Shown here one piece after another: positions 41,365-56,940 of a stretch of DNA of 64,000 nt. Every line of letters begins with the position of its first letter. The first letter of the stretch is position 1. The DNA lies in the NCBI GenBank assembly GCA_951406725.2, contig OX597825.1:76446001-76510000 (forward strand), given 5' to 3'. The position numbers were made by a program, and so were the translations under genes. The notes below the pieces were generated by a model that was not told where the DNA came from, ran no database searches, and saw only the letters and a list, made by a program, of their open reading frames with translations. Source of the stretch: Octopus vulgaris. Lineage: Eukaryota.

Positions 41365-42094
41365 ATTTTATCCCAAGAAAATGGTTTTCTTAACATGTTT
41401 TCTTTAAGAGTCAGACATAAATCTGATTGTATTATTATCAATTTTTTTCACAACATCCACTCATATTTCATGTATCTCCTTCTTCTCATTAAACACTTTA
41501 AATCTCTGATTATTCAAAGGATCTTTAAGCATGCAGATCCTTCTTTTCCAAACTGGGTTGCTTCTTGGAATCCTTCATGCCGACAGTTTGAAGTCACTAA
41601 TGAGTAACCAATGTTCCGGAATACTTTGGACAAAAACAAAAATAAAAGGTCATTCCAACATTTTCAATTAAAAAATAATAAAAAGGACCAAAAGGTCATA
41701 TTAAGTACAATGTCTTCTTCTACATTTCCTGGTTATATTCATTTAGTCCTGTTTAAAAGACACTGCTATTTAGACTAAAATGGAGATAATGATAATCCAT
41801 CGGCTGTTATAGCATCTTTGTTTTCCTCTTCTCCTCTAGACCATCCATCATTAAATTGAAGACAAGGGAAAGTAAATTTTCCAATGTTATCCATTGATGC
41901 TTGCTTAAATATTATAGTTTTTATGCTCTGCAATGCCCTGCTGAGCTAGGCTTGCATATATTAATTATATCATGCTAAATTTCTGCCTGCCAATCTCTTA
42001 GAGAAAGGTACTGTTTGTTTTTAGGATTTGTACCATCCTTATTTACAAATATTTTCTAGTTTATCTGCACTTTATTTATATCCTCCTCCTCCTC

Positions 42095-42602
42095 ATCATC
42101 ATCATCATCGTTTAATGTCTGTTTTCCATGCTGGCATGGGTTGGACAGTTTGACTGAGGTTTGGAATGCCAGCAGCTGTACCAAGCTCCAATCTGATCTG
42201 GTAATGTTTCTACAGCTAGATGCTCTTCCTAACGCCAACCAATCCGAGAGTGTAGCGGGTGCTTTTTACATGCCACTGGCACAGGAGCCACTCAGGTGAG
42301 CCTGGCATTGATTACATTTGGATAGCGCTTTTTACATGCTGCCAGCAAGCTAGCATCAGTCACATTTGGATGGTGCTTTTTACATGCCAGCAGCATGGAA
42401 GCCAGTCAGGCAGCCCTGGCATTGATCATATATGGATGGTGCTTTTTACGTGCCACTTGAATGGGAGCCAGTCAGGGGGCACTGGCATCGACTATGTTTG
42501 GAGGATGCATTTTATATGCCACCAGAACAGAAGCCAGTCAGGAAGCATTGGCCATAGTTATGATTTGGGTTTTACTTGACTCAACAGGTCTTCTCAAGCA
42601 TC
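42095..42602 (-). repeat. RTE 3' UTR/tail with ~60-bp tandem repeats
   Basis: Reverse complement of the tail type at 17530-17985. Confidence 0.8.
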
Positions 42603-42619
42603 TAGGGTACTTTTAAAAC

Positions 42620-43522
42620 ATAACTTCTTTACGATTCACTAAGGCGGGTCTTTTTTCTTCAAAGCTTGGTTCAAATGCTCTAATTGCTGACAGTAGACTT
42701 GAACATTGATTGTTGCATTAGACGGTAACAATTCAAAGTGAAATACTCCTTTGCAATCCCACCAGATAGAGAGAAGAACCTTTTTCCTATGAAGTTCCCT
42801 TCTTGGCTGTGGTTGAGCTTTTTCCCTTTTACCAAGCCGCTGTTTACGACATTTAACATTTCGATAGAAGATCCATTTTTCGTCACCAGTCACAAGTCTA
42901 TCCAAAAAGGGTGAAATGAGTTCACGAGAATGGAGAAGAGCAGATGTCAAGATTTGTGGTTGCTTTTGGGCAATTCATGAGGCATCCATTTTCCAAGTTT
43001 AGGAACCTTTCCAAGTTGTTAAAGATAACGATGAATAGTTGTATGGTTTAAACTAAGCTTTATTGCCAATTCTTCAACTGATAATCAGGATTTTCTTCAA
43101 GTAATGCCTCAAAGAGCATATCATCAAACTCAACTGGATGTCCTCTATTCGATCTTCATTTTCAAGGCTGAAATCTCCACTTCTGAATTTTGCAAACCAT
43201 CTTCTGCAAGTTCTTTCATTCAAGCATTCTTTCCCATAAACTGAGTGTATGTTTCGAGTCACTTCGGCTGCAGAGTTTCCTGTTTTTATACTCATAAAGC
43301 ATTATGTGCCTCAAATGTTCTTTGGATACTTCCATATTAGAAAGGGTTTTAATCAAAAAAATTTTAATTCTATTATCCTGTAAAATAATATTTAATTAGT
43401 TTAAATGTACACAAATGCATAAAAATATATTTAAATTCCATTAAACATTCTAAAATGCTGTTAAATTTAATTCAATTTTAAAAAAGGTAAAATTAGGAGA
43501 GAACTTATGGGGTGACCTGATA
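42620..43522 (-). mobile_element. Degenerate mariner transposon, 3'-truncated
   Basis: RTCRRWFAKFRSGDFSLE, WMPHEL, LVTGDEKWIFY, KKVLLSIWWD; 5' terminus TATCAGG.. near 43522. Confidence 0.85.
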
Positions 43523-43617
43523 CAATAGAAACTGACCTGGAAACAAATTTCTTGATCATACACAGCCATACTCAGTGATTTCACAAACAAATAATAAAAA
43601 TAACAACAAGAACTTAC

Positions 43618-43672
43618 TTGCAAAATTAAGACAAATGAAAACCAAAATACTCCAACAGGAAAGAAATAACAT
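43618..43672 (-). CDS. Receptor-like gene, coding exon 1 (signal peptide MLFLSCWSILVFICLNFA)
   Basis: ACCACC-ATG Kozak context; hydrophobic N-terminus; GTAAGT donor, phase 1; pyrimidine-rich upstream acceptor (exon would start at 43772) implies an earlier non-coding exon. Confidence 0.8.
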
Positions 43673-44819
43673 GGTGGTATATGGAATGAAGTGGATCTTC
43701 TTGACAATTTTTATATCAACTATTCTTAGAGATGAGCATTATCAGTTTCCTTATTTTTATCGTATTTACAAACTGTAAAGATAAAAAGAGATAGAGTCCT
43801 TTGTCAGTTGATATAATACCAAATGTTTTTTTATAATTCTTGACACTTCAAATGATTTTGTGTTTATAGGGGAACAAAAAAAAATTGAAAGCTTGTAGGA
43901 AATGTGAGGTTCTATTAAAATATTTGTTCAATTCTTTCTAAGTGCCATGTCTGTTCTATGCATTGATCATATCCTAACCTCTGTGTTTTAACCGAACCTC
44001 AATGTTCTAATTGAGCATGTTGGTAGAGCACAGACAGTCTTTCTCCTCTTAGAGTTCCCTCCTATGTTTGCCTGTCTTCTTCCTTATGCTATGTGCTGTA
44101 TCATCACTGTAAGCTGTTGTCTTGTTTCTGCACCATTCCTCAGTACATCTTAAGATATAGACTACATTCCTAATCTTACAGTTAACCTGTGGGTTCATCG
44201 TATGTGTTATACAATTGTTCTCCATACATGAGGACTTATTGAAAGTTATATACTCTACAGATCAGGGATTTCATATTTGTGCTTTATATCCTATAGCAAG
44301 AATATCCTTGAACAAGACACTTCACTCTCCTTGTTTCTCTTTCTTTCCCTCTCTTTCACTTTTTCTCTTTCTGCCTGTCTCTACATGATTTATGCATTCA
44401 AATCTCAATATGAATAATAATCTCAATTTCAATTATACTAAATTAAGGATTTAATGGATATCAAATGAAACACTTATGACTTATTTCATTGTCATCATAT
44501 TGCATGATACTTGTTCTAAGATACTTCACCTTGACACAACACAAGATCATCTTGTATTGTTTCATCGTCATCATGTTCCTTTAACGTCCGTTTTCCATGC
44601 TGGTATGGGTTGGACGGTTTAACTGGAACTGGCAAGCTGATGAGGTGCACCAGATTCCAGTCTAATTTGGCATGGTTTCTAAGGCTGGATGCCCTTCCTA
44701 ACACCAACCACTTTACAGTGTGTGCTGGGTGCTTTTAACTTGGCACTGCATGATATGAATGTATATACATATGTCCGTGTGTATGTGTGTGTGTGTGTGT
44801 GTGCATGAGCATATGTGGG

Positions 44820-45867
44820 TGTTTAACGTCCGCTTTCCATTCTAGAATGGGTTGGACAGTTCAACTGGGGTCTGGGAAGCCCGAAGGCTGCACCAGGCCA
44901 GTCAGATCTGGCAGTGTTTCTACAGCTGGATGCCCTTCCTAATGCCAACCACTCCGTGAGTGTAGTGGGTGCGTTTTATGTGCCACCGACACAGGTGCCA
45001 GACGAGGCTGGCAACGGCCATGATCGGATGATGTTTGTTACGTGCCACCAGCACGGAGGCCAGTCGATGCGGTGCTGGCTATGGCCAAGTTCGGATGGTT
45101 CTCTTATGTGCCACCGGCACTGGTATCACAACTACAATTTCCATTGATGTTGATCGATTTCAATTTTGATTTGATTTTTTGATTTTCACTTGCCTCAACA
45201 GGTCTTCACAAGTAGAGTTATGTGTCCCAAGAAGGAAGGTATGCACAGGTGGACTGACTACGTCCCAGGTAGGGGCCATGGGTTATGGCCTCACTTGTCC
45301 TGCCGGGTCTTCTCACGCACAGCATACTTCCAAAGGTCTTGGTCTCTGGTCATTTCCTCGGTGAGACCTAAAGAGCGAAGGTCGTGCTTCACCACCTCGT
45401 CCCAGGTTTTCCTGGGTCTACCTCTTCCATAGGTTCCCTCAACTGCTAGGGTGTGGCACTTTTTCACACCATAATCTTCATCCATTCTTACCACGTGTCC
45501 ATACCTGCGTAGACGTCTCTCTTGCACACCACATCTGATGCTCCTTCAACTTTTCTCTCAAGGCACTTACACTCTGTCGGGTATGAACACTGACATTACA
45601 CATCCATCGGAGCATACAGGCTTCATTTCTTGCAAGCTTATTCATATCTTCAGCAGTCATGGCCCATGTTTCACTGCCATGTAGCATGGCTGTTCGTACA
45701 CATGCGTCATACAGTCTACCTTTTACTCTGAGCGAGAGGCCTTTTGTCACCAGTAGAGGTAAGAGCTCTCTGAACTTTGCCCAGGCTATTCTTACTCTAG
45801 CAGTTACACTTTCGGCACACCTGCCCCCGCTACTGACTTGATCGCCTAGGTAACAGAAACTATCAAC

Positions 45868-45870
<3 letters not shown>
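44820..45870 (-). mobile_element. RTE LINE 3' fragment
   Basis: RLYDACVRTAMLHGSETW, GRPRKTWDEVV, and tail. Confidence 0.9.
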
Positions 45871-45904
<34 letters not shown>

Positions 45905-45934
45905 ACATATGTACATACATACAGACATACATAC

Positions 45935-47131
45935 TAGGTTTTGAAACAGCTCCCTCACCATTCTGATGCCAGTGTGATATACCTAGGCTTTGTAAAAGCA
46001 TTTAATAAGGTGGATCATGGCATGATAAGCCATAAGCTATGTGACCTTGGCGTTGCTGGTAAACTGGGAAAGTGGCTGCATGACTTCCTTAAAATCAGTC
46101 AGGTGTTTGCAGCCAATGATTCCCTTTCTGAGGAAACTCAAATCCTAAGTGGTGTCCCACAGAGAACTGTTCTGGGGCTATTACTGTTCATAATAGCCCT
46201 CTTAGATATGCCCACGGTTACTTGGACAGCCACTGTCACTAGCTATGCTAATGATACAAAATATCACAGGCAATAAAAAACTAAGATGATGTCACAAGCT
46301 TACAGTGGGACATAAATTCAATATACAAATGGGCCAAAATAAATAACATGCAGTTTAATGCTAGAAAATTTCAAGTACTGCACTATCAGCTCATGAATAC
46401 AGTACAATCTACTGTACAGGATCTGAAGGCACTACAATCCCTGGGTCACAGGCAGTGAAAGACATGGGGATCAGTATGTGCAATGACGCATCATTTTATA
46501 AGCACATTAGCAAGATGGCATCAAAGTGTAGACAACTGGCTGGATGGATACTGAGATCCTTCAAGACGAGAGCAAGAAACTATGTTGACCCTGTGGAAAA
46601 CTTTTGTTCTCAGCCACCTGGACTACTGCTCCCCATATAGTGCCAAACTAAGAGCAGAGTTTGAAGCAGTCCAATGCCACTACACCAAAAAATTGAAACA
46701 GTGCAGTGGATGAGCTACAGGGATAAGCTGAGAAAACTACAGCTTCACTCCCTGGAGTGAAGGCATGAGAGATATGCAATAATATACATATGGAAAATCC
46801 TAGAAGGGCTAGTATCTAACTTTGGCATTGAGTGTTATACAAATGCCAGAACTGGCTGCCATTGTATTGTACCAAAGGTACCGTCCACTCCATCTAAATT
46901 CAGGACTAGGTACTGCAATAGTCTAGGGTTTAAAGGCTCACAGCCCTTCAATGCCCTGCCACAAAAATTAAGAAATTTGCATAAGGTGGAAGTAGATATC
47001 TTCAAAAAGAACTAGACATCTTCCTCTTCACAGAATTGGATGAACCGACAGCCCGACATGAGGTACAGACGAAGGGGCAGTGGAATGAAACTCCCTTATA
47101 CACAAAATGTACCAACAGCTGGGACAGAGGC
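45935..47131 (+). mobile_element. CR1/L2-group LINE RT 3' fragment
   Basis: YLGFVKAFNKVDH, SGVPQ.TVLG, YAND (degenerate YADD); C-terminus resembles 9050-9400. Confidence 0.85.
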
Positions 47132-47147
47132 ACATACATACATATAC

Positions 47148-48235
<1,088 letters not shown>

Positions 48236-48261
48236 GAAAAGAAAGAATATATATATATATG

Positions 48262-48426
<165 letters not shown>

Positions 48427-48523
48427 GTATGTATGTGCCTCTGTCCCAGCTGTTGGTTCATCCAATTCTGTGAAGAGGAAGATGTCTAGTTCTTTTTGAA
48501 GATATCTACTTCCACCTTATGCA

Positions 48524-48720
48524 AACAAGAAAGCACAGAAAAACACAATAACGCGAGGACATGGAACAAATATAGTATTATTGGATGCTCAGGAAAGAAG
48601 GAAAGAAGTAGGGTTTAACGTTTCAAGCGGAGCTCTTCGTTGGAAACATAGGAGAAGGAAAGATCCAGAGAAGGGAAGACAGAGGAAAAAAAATCGCCAA
48701 CGGTACACACGCGGTCACAA
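48524..48720 (-). mobile_element. Penelope-like terminal-repeat fragment with degenerate minimal hammerhead
   Basis: Minus 48613-48647: GTTT CCAACGA A GAGC-TCC-GCTT GAAA CGT T AAAC. Confidence 0.55.
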
Positions 48721-49296
48721 GGTTACCTGAGTTAGAGGTTAATTTAAACAAAACATAAAATGGCAATAACATAGATGAACAACAATTGATGCAAAATAAT
48801 AAATAATAACTGATGCGTTCTAATGATCCCCAGCCACCGAGCATTTGAGGGAGTCTATTGTCTAGACTAAGACATATATGGTAGACTTCTTTTAGTTTCC
48901 ATCAGCCACATCCAATCACAAGTCTTTGGTCAGCCCTGGGCCCAGAGTAAAAGGCACTTGCTTAAGGTGGCATACAGTGGGACTGAACCTAAGATCATAT
49001 GGTAGGAAGCAAGTTTCTTAATTGCAAAGCCATGTCTGCACCATATATATATATATTTGTGAGTAGATATATATATTTTTTTTTACTACCCACAAGGGGC
49101 TAAACACAGAGGGGACAAACAAACGGATTAAGTCGATTACATCGACCCCAATGCGTAACTGGTACTTAATTTATCAACCCCGAAAGGATGAAAGGCAAAG
49201 TTGACCTCAGCGGAATTTTGAACTCACAACATAACGGCTACGCATTTTGCCCTGCGTGCTAACGTTTCTGCCAGCTCTCCGCCTTAAGTAGATATA

Positions 49297-49327
<31 letters not shown>

Positions 49328-49360
49328 GTAGACATATATATATACATATATGTGTGTGTG

Positions 49361-49391
<31 letters not shown>

Positions 49392-50512
49392 AATAACAAT
49401 ATAGCAACAACAAAACAACAAAAGCCAAGGCCACTCCTCAATACTAGCACAATTAATGAAATATTAAACTCCACAATCAAGAACCCTTCTCTGTGTAGTT
49501 ATCCCCACTTTCTCATTTTCTCAAAATACCACAAGTGACCCATCATCTTCATTATTGTCATTATATTCTACTGCAATTACCCTTACCACAAATAGACAAT
49601 AGCAATAACAACATGATTAGTATTGACAGTCACTCTTTAATACTAGAACAATTGATGACTCATTAAACAACACAGTCTCTCACTCTTCTCCACAGTCAGG
49701 TCACTCAAATTCTTCTCAGAATAACACAAGAGATCCATCATAGCCATTGCTATTCTAATCTACTGCTACTACCATTACCACTACTACTACTCCAATTAGT
49801 GAAGTACCACTCTTTTCTTCCTACCTACCTCCCCATTACTATCCACTTCAATCTGAATGTATACCTGACAGCTCCATGATAAATTTACCAACTACAAATA
49901 AAGTAAAATCATGATCACACGAAACCCAAAAATATGTTGCTATTCTCAACATGAGAAACTATGCAAATGCAGTGACTGTAGCTTCACCCATTTTCCAAGG
50001 ACAAGATGCATAATTTGCACAAGCAATACCAGCCAATGCCAAACCACACATCTTACAACACCACCATCAACACTTCTAAATGCTAAATCACACTTAATAA
50101 CTACTACACATGTAACCTGGACTCTTAAAATCTGTTGCTTTCCCAACATAAAAGATTAAGTCAGATGTGTGCCTGTCCCTTCACTAATCTTTTAGGGACT
50201 CTATGCACTAGTAAAAGCATGACTTCAAATCACCACCAAATCTACAAGAGAAATATCCTTTACAGTGGCAGTGTTGGTCCAGACTTTCATTGAAATCCAG
50301 ATGTCACTGAGATATCTACTGTAAAATCAACAGCCACAAACCATAGTGAATCTGGTAAAAGAAATAAAAAAGACTTCTAACTCTCACACACACAGCACCA
50401 ACCACTGCTATTACTCCAGTTCACAACCACACACCATTGCTGTCATTAACTCACAAACTCAACTCTATGATAATGCCGAATATACGAGATCTTTCACACT
50501 TCACAAATTGAC

Positions 50513-50618
50513 TATAAGTATCATATCTTGCACAGTGAGAGAGAGAGCTCATACAGTGAGAAAAGTATAAGTATCATATCTTGCACAGTGAGAGAGAGAG
50601 CTCATACAGTGAGAAAAG
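50513..50618. repeat. Perfect 53-bp tandem duplication
   Basis: tataagtatcatatcttgcacagtgagagagagagctcatacagtgagaaaag x2. Confidence 0.95.
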
Positions 50619-50619
50619 T

Positions 50620-51600
50620 CAATATGTGTAGCACTAAATGAAACATACCTGACCCCAGGCGTATTAGATGTGGATGTACATATGCCAAGTTATGTATTAC
50701 TTAGAACTGACTACATAACACAGAAACAATGAGAAATAGCGATTTTCATCCAAGAAGACCTGGTAACAAATGTCCTCCTCTACCACTCCAACAGTGTGCA
50801 CTGCACTAATAATGCATGTGATTGACTTCAATTTAATCATAGGTATTACCAACTGGCTTCCTGGTGCAACTAACTGCGGAGATCAAAGATGCTTTGACGC
50901 TTATAAGCTAAACCTCAAATGAGGCCAGCCCACTGGCCAATGTACATTTAGCAGGAGATTTTAGTTTTCCTAATTTCAGCCGGCCTGAGAATTATATCCA
51001 ACCTGAAATTATGCAACTGAATAGGAGAGATATGAATGCTCTTTGTGACACTACTAAAAGACTGCCTCATATAACAAATCATTACCCGTCCAACTTGGGG
51101 GAAAAAGCATACTCAGCCTAGTCTTTACCACCGATACAGACTTCACTCACAATGTTCAGATCATTCCCACAGCTATTTCCGACCACAAAATTATACAATT
51201 ATCAGTATCCGGTTCAAATAAAATCAAACATGACTCACTCCTCATGAACTTGAATTTCAGGAAGACCAAGTGGAATGAAATCGAAACTGAATTCCTGGAA
51301 ACAAATTAGTAATCTCTATGTTAACAAAGGAATGCAGTTTCTATATGAAGAGTTAGTCATGATCTGTTGAAAGCATGCCCTATATAAACACATCTATTCC
51401 TGCAAGTACTTGATTCCATGAGATAGACGGATACCAATGAGTAATAGAATCAAACCAATAAACCAACCATAAAACCAAACTCATTCAGATTAAGAAAAGG
51501 AAAATGAACATCCAACTGGGCCTAAAACTGTCTCATGAAGAAACTTTGTGGAGAGAACAACGAGCAATGTAAAATATAAAATTTATTTTAAAGTTCTATA
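50620..51600 (+). mobile_element. Highly decayed CR1-like APE region
   Basis: ALNETYL, LAGDFSFP, ISDHKIIQL remnants. Confidence 0.55.
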
Positions 51601-52574
51601 TTTCGCCTTTGCGAAGCAAAAATTAGCTATGCATAACCAGATGCATGAATGAATGAATGAATGAATGCATGCATGTATGTACAGTAGCCCAGGAATGAAA
51701 TTTGCTTAGGGGGTGCAAACTCAGGTCCAAATTTTTTACAAACACAGCTGTGCTTCTTTTTCAATCTTAATATCAAAACAAACACAGGTATAATAATTTT
51801 TTTCATTATCATACATCAATGCTTGATAAACTTTTTACATTCATGACCCCATTTTTCATCACAAGATGAAGTACCTTTGCTCATGATTTCGAAGGTGGTA
51901 TATCTGGAAGCCGAAAGTGTCTAACATTTCATGCATTAAAATTCTCTCTAATGTTGGAGTTTGGAACAGGATTTTCCATACATATGTGATCGCAAATTAC
52001 TTTTCAGCATTCAAGATAGTAGAGATGCAATGCTTTCAAATATTCCCAGTGGACAAGTCTTTTAACCAAAGGTATTTTACTGGTGAACATTCTTTGTAAC
52101 CTTTTAATTTCTTTTATGAGACCGGATGAGTTAGGAGACCAAAGCTGTGAGCAGTAATCTAACCTGCTCAGAACTCAGGTTTTCCATTGAGTAAGCCTAA
52201 CTACTGATTCTCTTGTCACAAAGGTTTGTAGGATCCAACCTATGAGATGTCTGCATTTAGAGGTCAGTTTGGTGATGTGGCTAATGAAAGATGCATCATT
52301 TGATATGATTACTCCTAAGTCATGAGGGCTCTGCATCATTCTTGTGTCAGATATTGTGATTTGTGTGTATTCTCTCTGTAATGAATGGCCTGAAATTTTG
52401 ATGTATTAAATTTTATACTTTTTTAATCCACCTATTGATGAATGAGGTTTAGCTTATTTTGGAGTGTGACAATATTTTTGAATAGCCATGGATTTTTTTG
52501 CATCGTCGTGGTAAAATGGAAATGAAAATTAGGATATTGCATAGGAAGTGTTCTAGAGAATAACACATTCATCG

Positions 52575-53115
52575 GACAATAAACTTTGCTTGCGAAGACC
52601 TATTGAGGCAAGTGAAATCAAAATCGCTGACGTGGCTGATGACAGTACCACCTGATTGGCACTTGTGCCAGTGGAACGTTAAAAGCACATATGAGCATGA
52701 TCGTTGCCAGGGCCACGGATTGGCTCCTGTGCCAGTGACACAAAAAGCACCATTCGAGTGTGATCATTGCCAGCATCACCTTATTGGCACGTGTACCAGT
52801 GACATGTGTAAAACAACATTCGAGCATGGTCATTGCCAGTGACACTGGACTGGCTTCCGTGCTTGTAGCACATAAAAAATACCTTTTGAGCATGGTTGTT
52901 ACCAGTACTGCCTGACTGGCCCTCATGCTGGTGGCATGTAAAAGCACCCACTACACTCTCGGAGTGGTTGGCATTAGGAAGGGTATCAAGCAGTAGAAAC
53001 TTTGCCAGATCAGACTGAGCTTGGTGCTGCCTTCTGGCTCATCAGTCTCAGTCAAACCGTCCAACCCATGCCAGAATGGAAAGCGGACATTAAATGACGA
53101 TGATGATGATGATGG
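52575..53115 (+). repeat. RTE 3' UTR/tail with tandem repeats
   Basis: Same unit (gtgcc.gtggca..taaaaagcacc) and (GAT)n end. Confidence 0.8.
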
Positions 53116-54139
53116 TATTGAGGCAAGGGTAAGGCTGTGTGATAAGAAGCTTGCTTCTCAACCACATGGTTTCAGTTTCAGTCGCACTGTGTGGCACTTT
53201 GTGCAAGTGTCTACTACTGCCTCAGGCCACCCAAAGCCTTGTCAGAACCTGAAAGAATCTCATTGTAGGTAACACATATTTCATGATGGTCTATTGAGCA
53301 ATACAATGATGTACTAATAACACCATAGGAGATATTAATGAGACTTTGGAGCAAGATGGTGGGGTCATCTGATTTGTTGGATCCTGTCAAAATGTCCAAC
53401 TGATGTCAGCATGGAAAGAAAGCAGAAAATGATGACAACAGGCACAGAAAGTGGGGGATTGAAAAGCTACTTTAGAATATTATCCTCTCAAATGTAAAAT
53501 GCAAATATGTATCACACTGCATTGTCCCCAGCAAAGTTTCATTTAAGAAAAGACTAAAACAAACAAGGCTCTTGTTTTTTGAGCCCAACTGTGAGCTGTT
53601 TGAGACAAACAGAGCAATGTGATTTTGCAGATCTACATCATGACTATTGTAAAGTTAATTAAACTTATATTTATAAGTTTTATTTCCCAGCATGTTAATA
53701 TCACTGTTGTTCTATCTCTTAAAAAACTATATGAGGCTCAATAATCATCACAAAAATTGGATCACAACACAAATAGCTGTACCAATAGCACAAAAAAAAC
53801 CCCAGTACACATTGTAAAGTGGTTAGCATTAGGAAGGCCATCCAGTTACAGAAACCATGCCAAAGCTCACACTGGAGTTTGGTGCAGCCCAGTGGTTTGC
53901 CAGACCCTGTCATACCATTCAACCCATGCCAGTACGGTAAACAGATGTTAAATGATGATGATGATGTCTGTGAAAGTGCAGAAAGACAAGTCATGTCAAC
54001 TAGCAATGTAAACATCATATCACTATTTCGCACAAATGAAATCACAAGATGTAAACATTCATGCACACTCACATAGATGCACATATGAAGGGCTTCTTTC
54101 AACCAAATTAACTCACAAAACATTTGTCAGACAAGGGTT

Positions 54140-54890
54140 TTTCATCATCATCATTGTTTAACATCCAGTTTCCATGGTAGCATAGGTTGGACGGTTTGGA
54201 GGGCCAGTAGCTGCACCAAGATCCAATCTGATCTGGCAGTGTTTCTACAGTTGGATGCCTTTCCTAACACTAACCACTCCAAGACTGTAGTGGGTGCTTT
54301 TTACGTATCACTGGAACAGGAGCTAGTCAGACAGGCCTGGCATCAGCCACGTTCGGATGGTGCTTTCTATGTGCCATCAGCATGCAAGCCAGTCAGGCAG
54401 TCCTGCAATCGATCACATTTGGATAGTGCTTTTTACATGCCACCAGCATGGGAGCCAGTCAGAGGGCACTGGCTACAGCTACAATTTTGGTTTTACTTGA
54501 CTCAACAGGTCTTCTCAAACATATCATATCGCCCAATGCAACAAGGGTACTCTTAAATGGGCTGGACATGCAACACTAGCATCAGTAATGGCTGCGTCTT
54601 CTCAATCACAGCATATCTCCTAAGGTCTCAGTCTCCTGTCATTGCCTCTGTGAGGCCCAATGTTCAAAGGTCTTCCTAAGTCTACCTCTTTCACAGGTTC
54701 CTTCCACAGTTAGGGTGTGGTACTTCTTTACACAGCTATCTTTATCCATATGTAACATATGACCATACCAGCGGAGTCGTCTCTCTTGCACACCACATTT
54801 GATGCTTATGTCCAACTTTTCTTTCAGGGCGCTTACAGTTGTGTATGCACACTGGCATTACACATCCAGCAGATCATACTAGCTTCTTCT
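54140..54890 (-). mobile_element. RTE LINE 3' fragment
   Basis: Reverse tail plus C-terminal coding remnant. Confidence 0.8.
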
Positions 54891-55857
54891 ACATCCAGTA
54901 CTTATAAAGGTGATACAGTAAAGCTCCCATAACCTAGTATTCAATAAGTCCAGCACATGTATTTATTTTTTTGTTTTTGCTTATTATTTACCTAAAATAT
55001 GATTTTGTTACATTTCAAGAATGAGTTCCAGTCCACCAATATATTTGATAATCTGCATTTATCCAGATTCTACGGGTACTGGATTAGCAAATCTCTACAT
55101 TATTGGTTTTTTTATTATGTAATATAATTATCATCTTATTTATGGACTTTTATTCTTACACAGCAAATTACTCAAATCTAATATTTTAGTGAGGTATTGA
55201 GACAGATTTTACTACTGTTTTTGGCAGTTGTCACAAACTTTTTGTCACCGACACAGAAAATTATTTTATTATTTAAATAAAAATATAAAGAAGTGACTAT
55301 TTATTTTGAAACAATAGTGATCTTTGAGTTTAAAACTTCCCTTTTACTTTTATTATTCAGTAATGAATAAAATTGAGCAAACATTTTTCATTTTACAAAG
55401 ATGTTTATAAATCTATATTTTGGTTTGCAATTAACATGTGTTGTTAGTGGCAATCTTTAAATTAGTTTTATATTTTATTCCAGTAGTCTTTCTTCCGCTG
55501 GCTTTTTCCATACTTTTGCCTGTCTCTACCACAAAATTTCAGTTTGTTTTTAGATTTATTCCATTTAGAATTGTGTAGACAAAACAGATAAACTTCTACA
55601 TTGAATCCACTGGCATAACTATAGATGTGTGCCCCACTCACACCACTGCTGCCACCATTGTTGCTGCTACCACCACCACAGGAGATATTTTTCAGATGGT
55701 GTACATTACGATTATGTCAGAATTTGATTTGAAAAAACTGAGAGAGGATGACTCAAATAATTCACACATCTCGACATTGGTTCCTCATATCATTCCTCTG
55801 TGAATTATCCACCTTCATCATCACAACATTTTTTTTTGTACATCAAATTCCAATATA

Positions 55858-56170
55858 TAGGTACCGAACCTCTTATCCAGAATCCAGAAATCCAGGTATT
55901 TTTTAAATTGGCTAGCTTTGAATTTCGTGGGCTGCAGTAGTTCGCCTATACATTATATGTAGTACAGTATTCTATATTTTAATCGTTTTAAGTAGCTTAA
56001 TAAGGATCAAACAGACCCTGGTTTACAAATGTATTAATTAGTATATGTTACACAATTTTGTTCTTTACTTTCTGTTGTTTATTTCATACTTTCAGTATAT
56101 ATTTGGCCTGTATCCAGAAATCCAGACCACCTCTGGTCCTAAGGTTGCTGAATAAGAGGTTCAGTACCTG
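55858..56170. mobile_element. Tc1/mariner/pogo-type MITE
   Basis: ~23-bp TIRs (YAGGTACYGAACCTCTTATYCAG) flanked by TA dinucleotides; non-coding interior. Confidence 0.8.
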
Positions 56171-56527
56171 TACTCAAAATGTACACCAACTAGAAAATCT
56201 CACGATGAAAATATACATTTTTACCAAAGGTTATGAAGAAACAAAGTCAGGGTGGGGCACACTTGTGTAGATATGCCAATCTACCTCTATATAATCAGGA
56301 ATGTGTCAGCTGGCAGAAACGTTAGTACGCCAGGCGAAACGCTTAGTGGTATTTCGTTCCTCTTTAAGTTCTGAGTTCAAATTCCGCCGTGGTTGACTTT
56401 ACCTTTCATCCTTTCAGGGTCGATAAATTAAATGCCAGTTGCATACTGGGGTAGAATCTAATTAACTGGCCCACTCCCCAAAGATTTCGGGCCTTGTGCC
56501 TAGAGTCAAAAAAAAAAATTAACCAAT

Positions 56528-56940
56528 GCGCAGGAGTGGCTGTATGGTAAGTAGCTTGCTAACCAACGACATGGTTCCGGGTTCAGTCCCACTGCATGGC
56601 ATCTTGGGCAAGTGTCTTCTGCTATAGCCCCGGGCCGACCAATGCCTTGTGAGTGGATTTGGTAGACGGAAACTGAAAGAAGCCTGTCGTATATATGTAT
56701 ATATATGTATATGTATGTGTATGTGTGTGTGTTTGTGTTTGTCCCTCTAGCATTGCTTGACAACCGATGCTGGTGTGTTTACGTCCCCGTCACTTAGCGG
56801 TTCGGCAAAAGAGACCGATAGAATAAGTACTGGGCTTACAAAGAATAAGTCCCGGGGTCGATTTGCTCGACTAAAGGCGGTGCTCCAGCATGGCCGCAGT
56901 CAAATGACTGAAACAAGTAAAAGAGTAAGAGTAAAGAGTA
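56528..56940 (+). mobile_element. Young full-length tRNA-derived SINE with CR1-like 3' tail (older copy at 57165-57510)
   Basis: TGGCTGTATGGTAAG A box, GGTTCAGTCCC B box, CTTGGGCAAGT core, tail CAGCATGGCCGCAGTCAAATGACTGAAAC then (AAGAGT)n; CpGs retained. Confidence 0.85.

Noticed and set aside
41370-41990. Degraded coding-like sequence including GKFTFPC (PLAT-like motif)
   Set aside because: Multiple stops and no usable splice sites; cannot assign
51680-52500. Possible hAT-like DNA transposon relic
   Set aside because: Only one terminus-like sequence and no convincing transposase motif by eye
55468-55716. ~80-codon stop-free minus-strand frame with Gly/Ser run
   Set aside because: No ATG or clear acceptor, partly low complexity; may be UTR or intron
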